Positions 9,985 to 20,287 of a DNA stretch of 31,097 nt are shown one piece after another (within the stretch, counting starts at the first letter, position 1; every line of letters begins with the position of its first letter). The stretch comes from Octopus sinensis (lineage: Eukaryota). Position numbers and translations under genes: made by a program. The notes below the pieces were generated by a model. That model was not told where the DNA came from. It saw only the letters and a program-made list of their open reading frames with translations, and ran no database searches. Location: NCBI RefSeq assembly GCF_006345805.1, contig NW_021832920.1:1-31097 (forward strand), in the 5' to 3' direction.

Positions 9985-11480
9985 ACTACCTGCAGCCTAC
10001 AGTACCATACCATTTGTTCTTTACACCTGTCCAATACTTTCCTGATTCTTCTGGCCGTGCCAAGGAGGCAAACCTTTCGTAACAGTTCTACTGGGCACTC
10101 TTTCCCAATTTCCTTTATATTCCTCTCGGTGCTTCCTGATTCTGTTCTCAAGGACTCAACAATAATTGGCATTAACTTCCTTCTTCTTCATTTTCCATAG
10201 CCGGGCTATTTCGTACTTAACAGGGTAATATCTATCTATTTTTTCGCCTCGGGCACTCTATCCTAATTTCCTTTATATTCCTCTTGGTGCTTCCTGATTC
10301 TGTTCTCAAGGACTCAACAATAATTGGCATTAACTTCCTTCTTCTTCATTTTCCATAGCCGGGCTATTTCGTACTTAACAGGGTAATATCTATCTATTTT
10401 TTCGCCTCGGGCACTCTATCCTAATTTCCTTTATATTCCTCTTGGTGCTTCCTGATTCTGTTCTCAAGGACTCAACAATAATTGGCATTAACTTCCTTCT
10501 TCTTCATTTTCCATAGCCGGGCTATTTCGTACTTAACAGGTAATATCTATCTTTTTTTCGCCTCGGGCACTCTATCCTAATTTCCTTTATATTCCTCTTG
10601 GTGCTTCCTGATTCTGTTCTCAAGGACTCAACAATAATTGGCATTAACTTCCTTCTTCTTCATTTTCCATAGCCGGGCTATTTCGTACTTAACAGGGTAA
10701 TATCTATCTATTTTTTCGCCTCGGGCACTCTATTCTAATTTCCTTTATATTCCTCTTGGTGCTTCCTGATTCTGTTCTCAAGGACTCAGCAATAATTGGC
10801 ATTAACTTCCCCCTTCTTCATTTTCCATAGCCGGGCTATTTCGTACTTAACAGGGTAATATCTATCTATTTTTTCGCCTCGGGCACTCTATTCTAATTTC
10901 CTTTATATTCCTCTTGGTGCTTCCTGATTCTGTTCTCAAGGACTCAGCAATAATTGGCATTAACTTCCCCCTTCTTCATTTTCCATAGCCGGGCTATTTC
11001 GTACTTAACAGGGTAATATCTATCTATTTTTGTCGCCTCGATCTTGACTAATCGTGGATCAAAAGGACACACAACATCAACTATATAGCACATATGGTGC
11101 ACCTTGTCCACCACCAGTATGTCCAGTCTGTTACGCTCTAACACTTAATCTGTTTGGACTGGGAAATCTCAGAGGATTTTGCTAGTCTTCAATTCTGCCG
11201 CTCTCTGTCATTTGTTTCATACTACGTCTTGCCTCTCTCTCTAGTCCGTCCCCTTTCACACAGTTACCAATGTAGCACTTTCGATACCTGATCGCGTCGC
11301 CACAATTTGTAGTGGTTTTGGGCAAGACTAGGGTGTTCCTTTGTGATATGGGCAATGGATTCATCCACTCTATTACAGATGCGGCACTGCGGAGGCATTT
11401 GCTTATTCCAAAGGTTGACCCCTTGGTCTTGCGCTGCTAGTATAGAGCTCTCAGTCTCTTTTTTAAGAGTTCTTTTCTTC
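9985..11480 (-). mobile_element. R4/Dong-like LINE 3' fragment (zinc knuckle plus RLE) with internal tandem amplification
   Basis: Minus-strand translation across stops and frameshifts gives LKKETESSILAAQDQ...CRICNRVDESIAHI...LAQNHYK...LHW*LC; RNRLDILVVDK..MCYIVDVVCPFD...KIDRY..VKYEIARLW; and VELLRKVCLLGTARRIRKVLD. Confidence 0.85.
10093..11040. repeat. Six tandem copies of a 158-bp unit
   Basis: GGGCACTC recurs at 10093, 10251, 10409, 10565, 10723 and 10881 (periods 158, 158, 156, 158, 158). Confidence 0.95.
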
Positions 11481-11486
11481 AGTGAA

Positions 11487-11721
11487 GGCGCATGGCTCAG
11501 TGGTTAGAGCGTCGATCTTACGGTCGTGAGGTTGTGAGTTCGATTCCCGGACCGGGCTGCGTGTTGTGTTCTTGAGCAAGACACTTTATTTCACATTGCT
11601 CCAGTTCACTCAGCTGTAGAAATGAGTTGTGACATCACTGGTGCCAAGCTGTATCGGCCCCTTTGCTTATCCCTAGGGTAACATCAGGGGTATGGAGAGG
11701 GGAGGCTGGTATGCATGGGCA

Positions 11722-11722
<1 letters not shown>
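11487..11722 (+). mobile_element. CORE-like SINE family B, 3' truncated
   Basis: A-box TGGCTCAGTGG and B-box GTTCGATTCC. TTGTGTTCTTGAGCAAGACACTT...CAGCTGTAGAAATGAG aligns by eye with the MIR core. Matches 22488-22833. Confidence 0.8.
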
Positions 11723-11723
<1 letters not shown>

Positions 11724-11818
<95 letters not shown>

Positions 11819-11949
11819 ATTATTATTATTATTATCGTCGTCATCATCATCATCATCACCATCATCATTATCATCATCACCACCACCACCACCACCACCA
11901 CCACCACCACCACCACCTCCACCACCACCACCATTAACATCATCATCAT

Positions 11950-11984
<35 letters not shown>

Positions 11985-12075
11985 TATCATCATCACCACC
12001 ACCACCACCACCACCATCATCATCTCATCATCATCATCATCATTCATCATCATCATCATATCATCATCATCATCA

Positions 12076-12140
<65 letters not shown>

Positions 12141-12188
12141 CATCATCATTATCATCATCACCACCACCACCACCATCATCATCATCAA

Positions 12189-12230
<42 letters not shown>

Positions 12231-12240
12231 TATTATTATT
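11724..12240. repeat. Compound trinucleotide tract (CTT)(ATT)(GTT)(ATC)(ACC)
   Basis: Read directly from the sequence. Intronic, ending about 18 nt before the exon at 12259. Confidence 0.95.
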
Positions 12241-12258
12241 GTCTTATTTTGCTTTCAG

Positions 12259-12828
12259 CTTGTGGAGGCGTGCCAGCTGAAATTGTGTTCATAATTGATA
12301 GCTCTCGCAGTATATATCCCCCCTATTTCAAGGAACAGATAAAATTTGTTGGAAACTTTGTGAAAATCTTTACAATAGGACCTAACGCTGTGCAAGTCGG
12401 TGTCGTAACCTATGGTGACATAATTATTCCACAAAACACGTTCCTCTGGAATAAGTACCAAGACGAAGTGAGTCTAGTAAATGCCATCTCTAATATTGGA
12501 TTCGATTATAATAATGGTGGGACCACACAAACTGCGATGGGCATCAGATATGCACGCGAAGAAATGTTCAGTAAAAGCAAACGAAGAGGTATTCAGAAAA
12601 TTGCTATTCTGATCACAGATGGCGTATCGACGGATCCTCCTGAAGCCGTGCAAGAAGCAGAAGCATTACGAAAACTGGGCGTAATGTTAATCGGTGTTGG
12701 TGTTGGCGATAGTGCTTCAAAACCAGAATTAGTACTCCTCACGGGTGACTCATCTCGTGTCTTCATGGTTTCGGGTTACGATCTGTTGGATACAGTTAAA
12801 CAAAAGTTAGAGTTGAAAGCCTGCCTGC
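12259..12828 (+). CDS. Exon encoding a complete von Willebrand factor A domain with intact MIDAS (collagen VI/matrilin-like vWA)
   Basis: Acceptor TTTTGCTTTCAG and donor C|GTATGT, 570 nt, phase 1-1. Motifs: EIVFIIDSSRS (DxSxS), VQVGVVTY, GGT, IAILITDG, flanking Cys (ACGG...KAC). Confidence 0.93.
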
Positions 12829-12879
12829 GTATGTATACTCTTTTATTCTTTTTTTTTTATGGTTTTTGTATTTCTGTTG

Positions 12880-13281
12880 TTCTTTTATTCGTTTTACTTG
12901 TTTCAGTCATCACACTGTGGCCATGCTGGAGCACCGGTTTTTTTTAGTCGAACAAATTGACCCCCACACCCACCCACCCACCAGGACTTACTCTTTGTAA
13001 GCCTAGTGCTTTTTTTTTCTAACGCGGTACTTATTCTTTTGCTGAACCGCTAAGTTACTATTTACAATGCTATCCATTACTCTTTTACTTGTTTCAGTCA
13101 TTTGACTGCGGCCATGCTGGAGCACCGCCTTTAGTCGAGCAAATCGACCCCGGGACTTATTCTTTGTAAGCCCAGTACTTATTCTATCGGTCTCTTTTTG
13201 CCGAACCGCTAAGTGACGGGGACGTAAACACACCAGCATCGCTTGTCAAGCAATGCTAGGGGGACAAACACAGACACACAA

Positions 13282-13324
<43 letters not shown>

Positions 13325-13490
13325 TACGACAGGCTTCTTTCAGTTTCCGTCTACCAAATTCACTCACAAGGCATTGGTCGGCCCGGGGCTATAGCAGAAG
13401 ACACTTGCCCAAGATGCCACGCAGTGGGACTGAACCCGGAACCATGTGGTTGGTTAGCAAGCTACTTACCACACAGCCACTCCTGCGCCT
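12880..13490 (-). mobile_element. SINE family D: partial tail (12880-13060) followed by a full-length copy (13078-13490)
   Basis: Minus strand: AGGCGCAGGAGTGGCTGTGTGG...GGTTCAGTCCC head, internal (TA)/(TG) microsatellite, tail ...GGTGCTCCAGCATGGCCGCAGTCAAATGACTGAAACAAGTAAAAGA. Confidence 0.85.
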
Positions 13491-13562
13491 ATTGGAAACT
13501 TTGTTTGGACATATTCGTCAAAGGCATGTCGGAACCAGGACGTATTCACACCAAAAAAAATG

Positions 13563-13775
13563 CTGGTAGAACAGTCGAATAAAAACAACGTTGTGTACAC
13601 ATAATAGACCTGATATTGTTCTGTTGGACTGGAAACGGAAGTCATGTGCTGTTGTAGGCGTCAGTTGCCCAGCAGATGTGAATTTACCGTCAAAGTCCAG
13701 GAGAAAGAGAATTTATATGGCGAATTAATGCGGAACTTACAACCCTTGTTCCCTGAGTATAAACTTCCCTTGGTA
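13563..13775 (+). mobile_element. Third RLE-type non-LTR retrotransposon remnant
   Basis: Translation W*NSRIKTTLCTHNRPDIVLLDWKRKSCAVVGVSCPADVN-(frameshift)-KVQEKENLYGELMRNLQPLFPEYK contains the RPD and cPxD motifs of restriction-like endonucleases. Confidence 0.75.
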
Positions 13776-13780
13776 TCTTT

Positions 13781-14160
13781 TGGAAGCACTCCGTCGGTTA
13801 CGACGACGAGGGTTCCGGTTGATCCGATCAACGGAACAGCCTGCTCGTGAAATTAACGTGTAAGTGGCTGAGCACTCCACACACGTGTACCCTTAATGTA
13901 GTTCTCGGGATATTCAGCGTGACACAGAGAGTGACAAGGCCGGCCCTTTGAAATACAGGTACAACAGAAACAGGAAGTAGAGTGAGAGAAAGTTGTGGTG
14001 AAAGAGTACAGCAGGGATCACCACCACCCCCTGCCGGAGCCTCGTGGAGCTTTAGGTGTTTTCGCTCAATAAACACTCACAACGCCCGGTCTGGGAATCG
14101 AAACCGCGATCCTACGACCTCGAGTCCGCTGCCCTAACCACTGGGCCATTGCGCCTCCAC
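13781..14160 (-). mobile_element. SINE family A (tail 1), full length
   Basis: Reverse complement of 1092-1477 with few differences. Confidence 0.9.
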
Positions 14161-14233
14161 CCTTTGTATCTATCAGCATACGTGTATTCATCAGTAGACG
14201 CACGCACACACATATATATGCATACAGACAGTC

Positions 14234-14267
<34 letters not shown>

Positions 14268-14357
14268 GTGTATTATATTCTAATTCAGGTATTTAGTTGC
14301 CTTTCACGAAACCTCACCGATGAAAATGAACACGCATGGTGACACACATACACGCGC

Positions 14358-14434
<77 letters not shown>

Positions 14435-14436
14435 TA

Positions 14437-14561
14437 TCACGTGATCTTGTGATCGATCAGACTCTCGGATGTTGTTATACATCGCTGGTCACGATGCACT
14501 TTGCATCATTTTAGTTTTCGAATGAGCCCCTCCCCTCTCAACTGGGTGCTTCAGCAGGCCA
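14437..14561 (+). repeat. Unclassified ~120-bp interspersed repeat (copy 2)
   Basis: Diverged match to 4719-4839. Confidence 0.65.
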
Positions 14562-14582
14562 TCAGTCCCCCCTCCCCCCACT

Positions 14583-14763
14583 GCCACCTGATCGGAATAC
14601 AGGGTCCATTACAGGGTGGCCACCCATTTACAGGCTGAGTGGACTGGAGCAACGTGAAATAAAGTGTCTTACTCAAGAACACCACGCGCTACATGGCCAC
14701 AGAATCGAACCCAAGATCTAACGATCGCGAGTACGACGTTTTAACCACTAGGCTACGCGCCTA
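14583..14763 (-). mobile_element. CORE-like SINE, diverged
   Basis: Minus strand AGGCGCGTAGCCTAGTGGTT...GGTTCGATTC...GGTGTTCTTGAGTAAGACACTTTATTTCACGTTGCTCCAGTCCACTCAG. Confidence 0.75.
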
Positions 14764-14829
14764 CACACACACACACATTATTAGTATATTACAATTGTTG
14801 TTGTTGCTATTATTATTGATAATGCAACG

Positions 14830-15022
14830 AACTGAGAGAATCATTTCTGGGCCGGGAAAAAATGTTTCGCGGCATTACATTCTGAGTTCAAATTCCGCCG
14901 AGATCGTTTTTGCTTTTCATCCTTTTGAGGTCGATAAAATCAGTACCAGTTACGAATTGGGGTCGATGTAATCGACTTAATCCCTTCCCCCCAAAATTTG
15001 AGGCCTTGTGCTTCCACTAGAA
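14830..15022 (+). mobile_element. SINE family C monomer, diverged
   Basis: TTCTGAGTTCAAATTCCGCCGAG...GGGGTCGATGTAATCGAC...CCAAAATTTGAGGCCTTGTG. Confidence 0.75.
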
Positions 15023-15059
15023 ATTTTTATTATTATTATTATTATTATAATTATTATTA

Positions 15060-15132
<73 letters not shown>

Positions 15133-15137
15133 GGAGT

Positions 15138-15694
15138 GAGTGAGAGAGCAGTTCATGCCATCAAAGTGACACTGGGGTAAAATATACGAAGCCCAATACC
15201 CATCATGACTACCCGTCTGATAGAGGGTACACCAGGCACATGCATCACAACCATATGTGCGCGACATGGTGATCTCATATCAAGGTAAACAGCACATGAC
15301 CTTGCAGGTGGGGCCCAGTTAGAATTTTCTTCAGGTTGAGTAGCCCATCCCGCTCAAAAGGTCCCTGAATAAGGGCTGTTTAAGGTTGTTGAAAGAAACA
15401 CCCATGTTTCCAGAGGTGATTTATTCAAATCCCAAAGAATCCCTCTCAACACATGGCTATGATGTTATCCAACTACTTCTGCTCGTGATCAGAGAGGCAC
15501 ATATCGTCAGCCACAAAGGGACATGGTCAACTAGTTAAGGTCAAACAACTAATAAGCAAAATCTGTGGTATTCAGTAGAATATTTGCTGTAGCCCATCTT
15601 TTATACCTAGACAAAACAATGTACATGATAACACTTCCAATCAGTTAAGATCAGAAGCCATGAGAGCCACTGTCTGGTACTGCATCAGGGCATT
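15138..15694 (-). mobile_element. ~560-bp non-coding element embedded in (ATT)n/(TAA)n, copy 1
   Basis: Direct repeat of 15777-16321. (ATT)n tracts lie on both sides. The orientation is inferred from the truncation of copy 2. Confidence 0.7.
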
Positions 15695-15776
15695 TATTAT
15701 TATTATTATTGTTTTGTTTTATTATTATTATTAAATTATTATTATTATTATATTATTAATTATTATTATTATTATT

Positions 15777-16320
15777 GAGTGAGAGAGCAGTGCATGCCAT
15801 CAAAGTGACACTGGGGTAAAATATACGAAGCCCACTATACCCATCATGACTACCCATCTGATAAAGGTACACCAGGCACATGCATCACAACCATATGTGC
15901 GCGACATGGTGATCTCATATCAAGATAAACAGCACATGACCTCGCAGGTGGGGCCCAGTTAGAATTTTCTTCAGGTTGAGTAGCCCATCCCGCTCAAAAG
16001 GTCCCTGAATAAGGATTGTTTAAGGATTGTTTAAAGAACCACCCATGTTTCCAGAGGTGAATTATTCAAACCCCAAAGAATCCCTCTCAACACATGGCTA
16101 TGATGCTCCCCCACTACTTCTGCTCGTGATCAGAGATGCACATATCGTCAGCCACTAAGGGACATGCTCAACTGGTTAAGGTCAAACAACTGACAAGCAA
16201 ATCTGTGGTATTGAGCAGAATATTTGCTGTAGCCCATCTTTTATACCAAGACAAAACAATGTACATGATAACACTTCCAATCAGTTAAGATCAGAAGCTT
16301 CCAATCAGTTAAGATCAGAA

Positions 16321-16321
<1 letters not shown>
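15777..16321 (-). mobile_element. Same (TAA)n-flanked element, copy 2, truncated with a 24-bp terminal duplication
   Basis: Roughly 95% identical to copy 1 by eye. Lacks the last ~37 nt of copy 1 and has CTTCCAATCAGTTAAGATCAGAAG twice (16274-16297, 16298-16321). Confidence 0.7.
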
Positions 16322-16357
<36 letters not shown>

Positions 16358-16432
16358 TATTATTATTATTATTATCATCATCATCATCATCGTTATTATT
16401 CTTATTATTAATCAGCGTCTCTTTCTTTATAG

Positions 16433-16480
16433 CTCCAACCACTACTCCGCCACCAACTACTCCCCCACCGAAGGAACAAC
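16433..16480 (+). CDS. 48-nt Pro/Thr-rich linker exon (PPTTTPPPTTPPPKEQ)
   Basis: Acceptor CTCTTTCTTTATAG and donor C|GTAAGT, phase 1-1. Joins KACL-P-PTTT...KEQ-P-CEKD in frame. Confidence 0.82.
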
Positions 16481-16615
16481 GTAAGTATCTCAACGCACTG
16501 ACTCCTGCATTCAAAAGAATCCCACCCCCTTCATTGTATCCCCGACGGTCCTATGTATTAGCCTTGTTTGAGTCTCTTTTACTTAGCAGGTGTCTATAGA
16601 TGTCTCTTCCCCTTA

Positions 16616-16662
<47 letters not shown>

Positions 16663-17144
16663 TAAGAAATTTGGTTTGTGAAAGCACGTGGTTGAATATA
16701 TAGAAAATAGTAAAAAGTGAAAAAACTACAGAAGGCTTAAAGGTTAAAAAATATATATATTTGCGTCAATATGTCTGAAGAATATTAAAAATTTTTTTCT
16801 TACAATGACATAGTTTAGAAGAAATATATATATATATATATATATGGAATTAAATGACAAGGGATGGGGAATTACAGAAATAATTTCATTAGCTTACCGC
16901 CGTTTCTGCTGAAAGTTGCGGTGCTCTCAGAGCTAAGTGCTTGAGCATCATCTGATACGCTTCTACTTCACCTTATAGCTTCCTCGAAGCTCCGAGGAAG
17001 CTATATGGTGGTTAACAACCACTCAGCTCTCTGTTCTCACGGCAGAAACAGTTGTAAGCTCATGAAAATTGTCTAGATAATCTCTGTTCCTTAATCATTT
17101 ATTTAATTTCATATTACGCTCTGTACTCACCTAACGCTGTATTC

Positions 17145-17747
17145 TGTGAGGGTGTTGAAAAGTTCCTGGCTTTAAAGGTATCTTGAAAGGCCTGGTTGGA
17201 GGTCCAGCATTCCAAGTTCTTTTGCAAGGCTTAGAAACACCGGAAGACCACTACAATAAGTGTGTGAATCTATCTGAGAGGGGAATATCTCTCTCTATAT
17301 AAACAGCAGTTTGTCTGTGTGTGTGTCTGTGTGTCTATTAGGTTGTACCCTCACCCTGACCACGGCTTTCAACCGATTCTGATGAAACTTGATACACACA
17401 TAGCCCAATGTCATAATTCAAAACTAACGCAGCGAAAATTTTGAAAAGTTCCCCCAGTTCTGAAAAAGATCGATAAATTCGACATGGGGTCGAGAATCAG
17501 AAACACAAACCACAGACTGTCTAGGGGACGCAATTCGACCTTTTAACTCTCAAAAAAAATTTACCATCATTTTTTCCCATTTTTTGCTATTTTTGGGCTA
17601 TAACTCTCTAAAAATGCTTTATAGTTATTTCCCTTACAAACCCGAGCAACGCCGGGTGATACTGCTAGTGTTGAATAAAATCATAATTAACTTATCTTCC
17701 TATATTTCTTTTATCCAAAGCTAGGGACTTTTCAGAGCCCACTCGTA
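17145..17747 (+). mobile_element. Mariner-like MITE/deleted element interrupted by a Helitron
   Basis: TIRs GAGGGTGTTGAAAAGTTCCTGGCTTT and AAAGCTAGGGACTTTTCAGAGCCCACTCGTA. Removing 17288-17668 restores GGGAATATGTTGAATAA, a mariner-type transposase end (GEYVE*-like). Confidence 0.75.
17288..17668 (+). mobile_element. Non-autonomous Helitron, subfamily 2
   Basis: A|TCTCTCTCTATATAAAC ... CCCGAGCAACGCCGGGTGATACTGCTAG|T. Precise A|T insertion without a TSD. Shares only about the last 110 bp with subfamily 1. Confidence 0.9.
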
Positions 17748-17877
17748 CATTGAGTTCTAATCATTGGTTATTAGCATTGGTATGACTAAGCGAAACATTA
17801 ATACATAAACACACACCACAAACACACACACACACACACACAACACGACACACACACAAACACAAACACACACACAC

Positions 17878-17914
<37 letters not shown>

Positions 17915-17948
17915 ATATATATTATATAATATTATATATATATTTGAA

Positions 17949-18180
17949 GGCGGCGAGCTGGCAGAAATGTTAGCATGCCGGGCGAGATGCGTAGCCGTAT
18001 TTCGTCTGCCGTTACGTTCTGAGTTCAAATTCCGCCGAGGTCGACTTTGCCTTTCATCCTTTCGGGGTCGATAAATAAAGTACCAGTTTCGCACTGGGGT
18101 CGATGTAATCGACTTAATCCGTTTGTCTGTCCTTGTTTGTCCCCTCTCTGTGTTTAGCCCCTTGTGGGCAATAAAGAAAT
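17949..18180 (+). mobile_element. SINE family C (head plus alpha unit)
   Basis: GGCGGCGAGCTGGCAGAA head, B-box GAGTTCAAATTCC, alpha-type end TTGTGGGCAATAAAGAAAT. Confidence 0.85.
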
Positions 18181-18539
18181 ATATATATATATATATATAT
18201 ATCATGATTCAGTTAAACTTTGCAAGAACAATTTCATCGAAGAAGAGTCCGCCATTTATATATGTACGCTTGTGAGAATTACATGATTATGCATATAATA
18301 ACATATATGTATACGATTTGAAACCGCGACCTGTTCACTGAGAAAACGAAAATATTTTGGTACCAATTAAATTTAAATGTTGAAGTGAATCTAACGGTTT
18401 TGCGTGTTTCTTAAATGGGTTATAAACACCTTCCACGCTGCATTTGTTTTCTTTTCAACACACGAGCTTGGATCAAGTCACTTGCTATGCAAGTACATCA
18501 CAGTAATATATATATATTATATATATTATATATATATAT

Positions 18540-18945
<406 letters not shown>

Positions 18946-19038
18946 ATCGTATGGTATCCCATTTACAAATCTGGGAGAACCACAATGCAGAGTTTTCAGA
19001 AGGCCAACATAAGCGTGGAGATATTTGTTTATTCATAT

Positions 19039-19387
19039 CAGTGAGTCTCAACGGGGTCTGTGTGACCCCTGTGAGTCCATTAAGATGGAGTGGGGCGAGG
19101 GGGGGGGTCCACGCAACAGAATAGTAAATTGGGGTTGACAATAATATTTTAAGGGCTCCATGTGTGCATTGATATGTATTGCAAGAAACAGCTGGGTTTC
19201 TTTCTTTACCATTTTACATTGTTCAACCAACTACAAACGAATGAGTGAAGAACAAAATAGGGATTTTGAAAGGAGTTTTTGTTAAACTAGTTTTTAAACA
19301 TTGAATGGCTATGAGGGTCCACCACAATAAAATAATAATGCAAGGGGTCAATAGATAAAAAAAAAGGGTAAGGAGCTGAGAACACTG
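19039..19387. mobile_element. hAT-like MITE, degenerate
   Basis: Imperfect TIRs CAGTGAGTCTCAAC and GCTGAGAACACTG with subterminal GGGGTC motifs. No clean TSD. Confidence 0.45.
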
Positions 19388-19598
19388 ATTTAGACTATGG
19401 CACTTACAAGTCTAGTCGGGTTTCTTTCAAATTCCGACATCATCAAAGTACCACACACAAACACACACATGCATACACACACACACACATACACACACAC
19501 ACACACAACACACACAAATACACACACGCACACACAGAGTAGAGATATATCTTTATTTTACATGGGTAGGTATTTTCAATGTTATTTTTTTTACGAAA

Positions 19599-19990
19599 CC
19601 TTTATATATAAAAGAAAGGTTGTGTGTCTGTCTACTCCGATTTAGATTCCTAACTACTCCCACATTTTGCGATGAAGTTTAACCAAAACCGGGTATCTTA
19701 TAGTCGTGATTCATATCGAGCCCTTCTGGGTATTAGCGCGCGTCTACAATGAGTCTACGATTTTAAAAATAATTTACCATCAAATTTTTCCATTTTAATG
19801 CATATTTTTTTTAATAAAGGGAAGTAACTCTCTAAAAATGTCTACGATGAGTCAACGATTTAAAAAAAAATTACCATCATTTGTTTTCCAATTTTAATGC
19901 ATTTTTTGCTATTTTTTGGCTATAACTCTCTAAAAATGCTTTAAAGTTATTTCCCTTACAAACCCGAGCAACGCCGGGCGATACTGCTAG
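19599..19990 (+). mobile_element. Non-autonomous Helitron, subfamily 1
   Basis: A|CCTTTATATATAAAAG (TC changed to CC) ... CCCGAGCAACGCCGGGCGATACTGCTAG|T. Confidence 0.88.
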
Positions 19991-20033
19991 TGCTTAATAA
20001 TCCTGTACTGACATTTATTTTTTGAAATTCCAG

Positions 20034-20201
20034 CATGTGAGAAAGACATAGACGTAAACTTCGTGTTTGATTCTGGTATGTTGGGTGACCAAGGTACGGC
20101 GAACGTTGTTAAATTCATCGAGAGTTCAATTTCTGGTAAGGATCTTTCTAGAAGCAACATCAGATTTGGAACAGTTGCTGGGCCGTGCAACAAAGTCTAT
20201 G
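20034..20201 (+). CDS. Exon encoding the N-terminal third of a second, degenerate vWA domain
   Basis: Branch-like TACTGAC at 20006-20012, acceptor TTTTTTGAAATTCCAG, donor G|GTAAGA, 168 nt, phase 1-1. Translates CEKDIDVNFVFDSGMLGDQGTANVVKFIESSISGKDLSRSNIRFGTVAGPCNKVY. Not in the supplied ORF track. Confidence 0.88.
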
Positions 20202-20287
20202 GTAAGAATAATACAGTCATCCTAACTTAATGCTTGTCATTTAATATTTACAATATGGCGAGTGAATGTCGGTCTATACGGCGTTCA

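Noticed and set aside
10093-11040. CRISPR-like or coding repeat array
   Set aside because: The units are contiguous with no unique spacers, 158 bp is not a multiple of 3, and the sequence is LINE-derived in a eukaryotic context.
11715-12258. Low-complexity N-terminus of the 410-aa ORF (poly-F/L/S/P/H)
   Set aside because: It is read-through of an intronic triplet tract. A clean acceptor at 12257-12258 precedes the first vWA cysteine, and the ORF tail after 12828 runs into intron and SINE.
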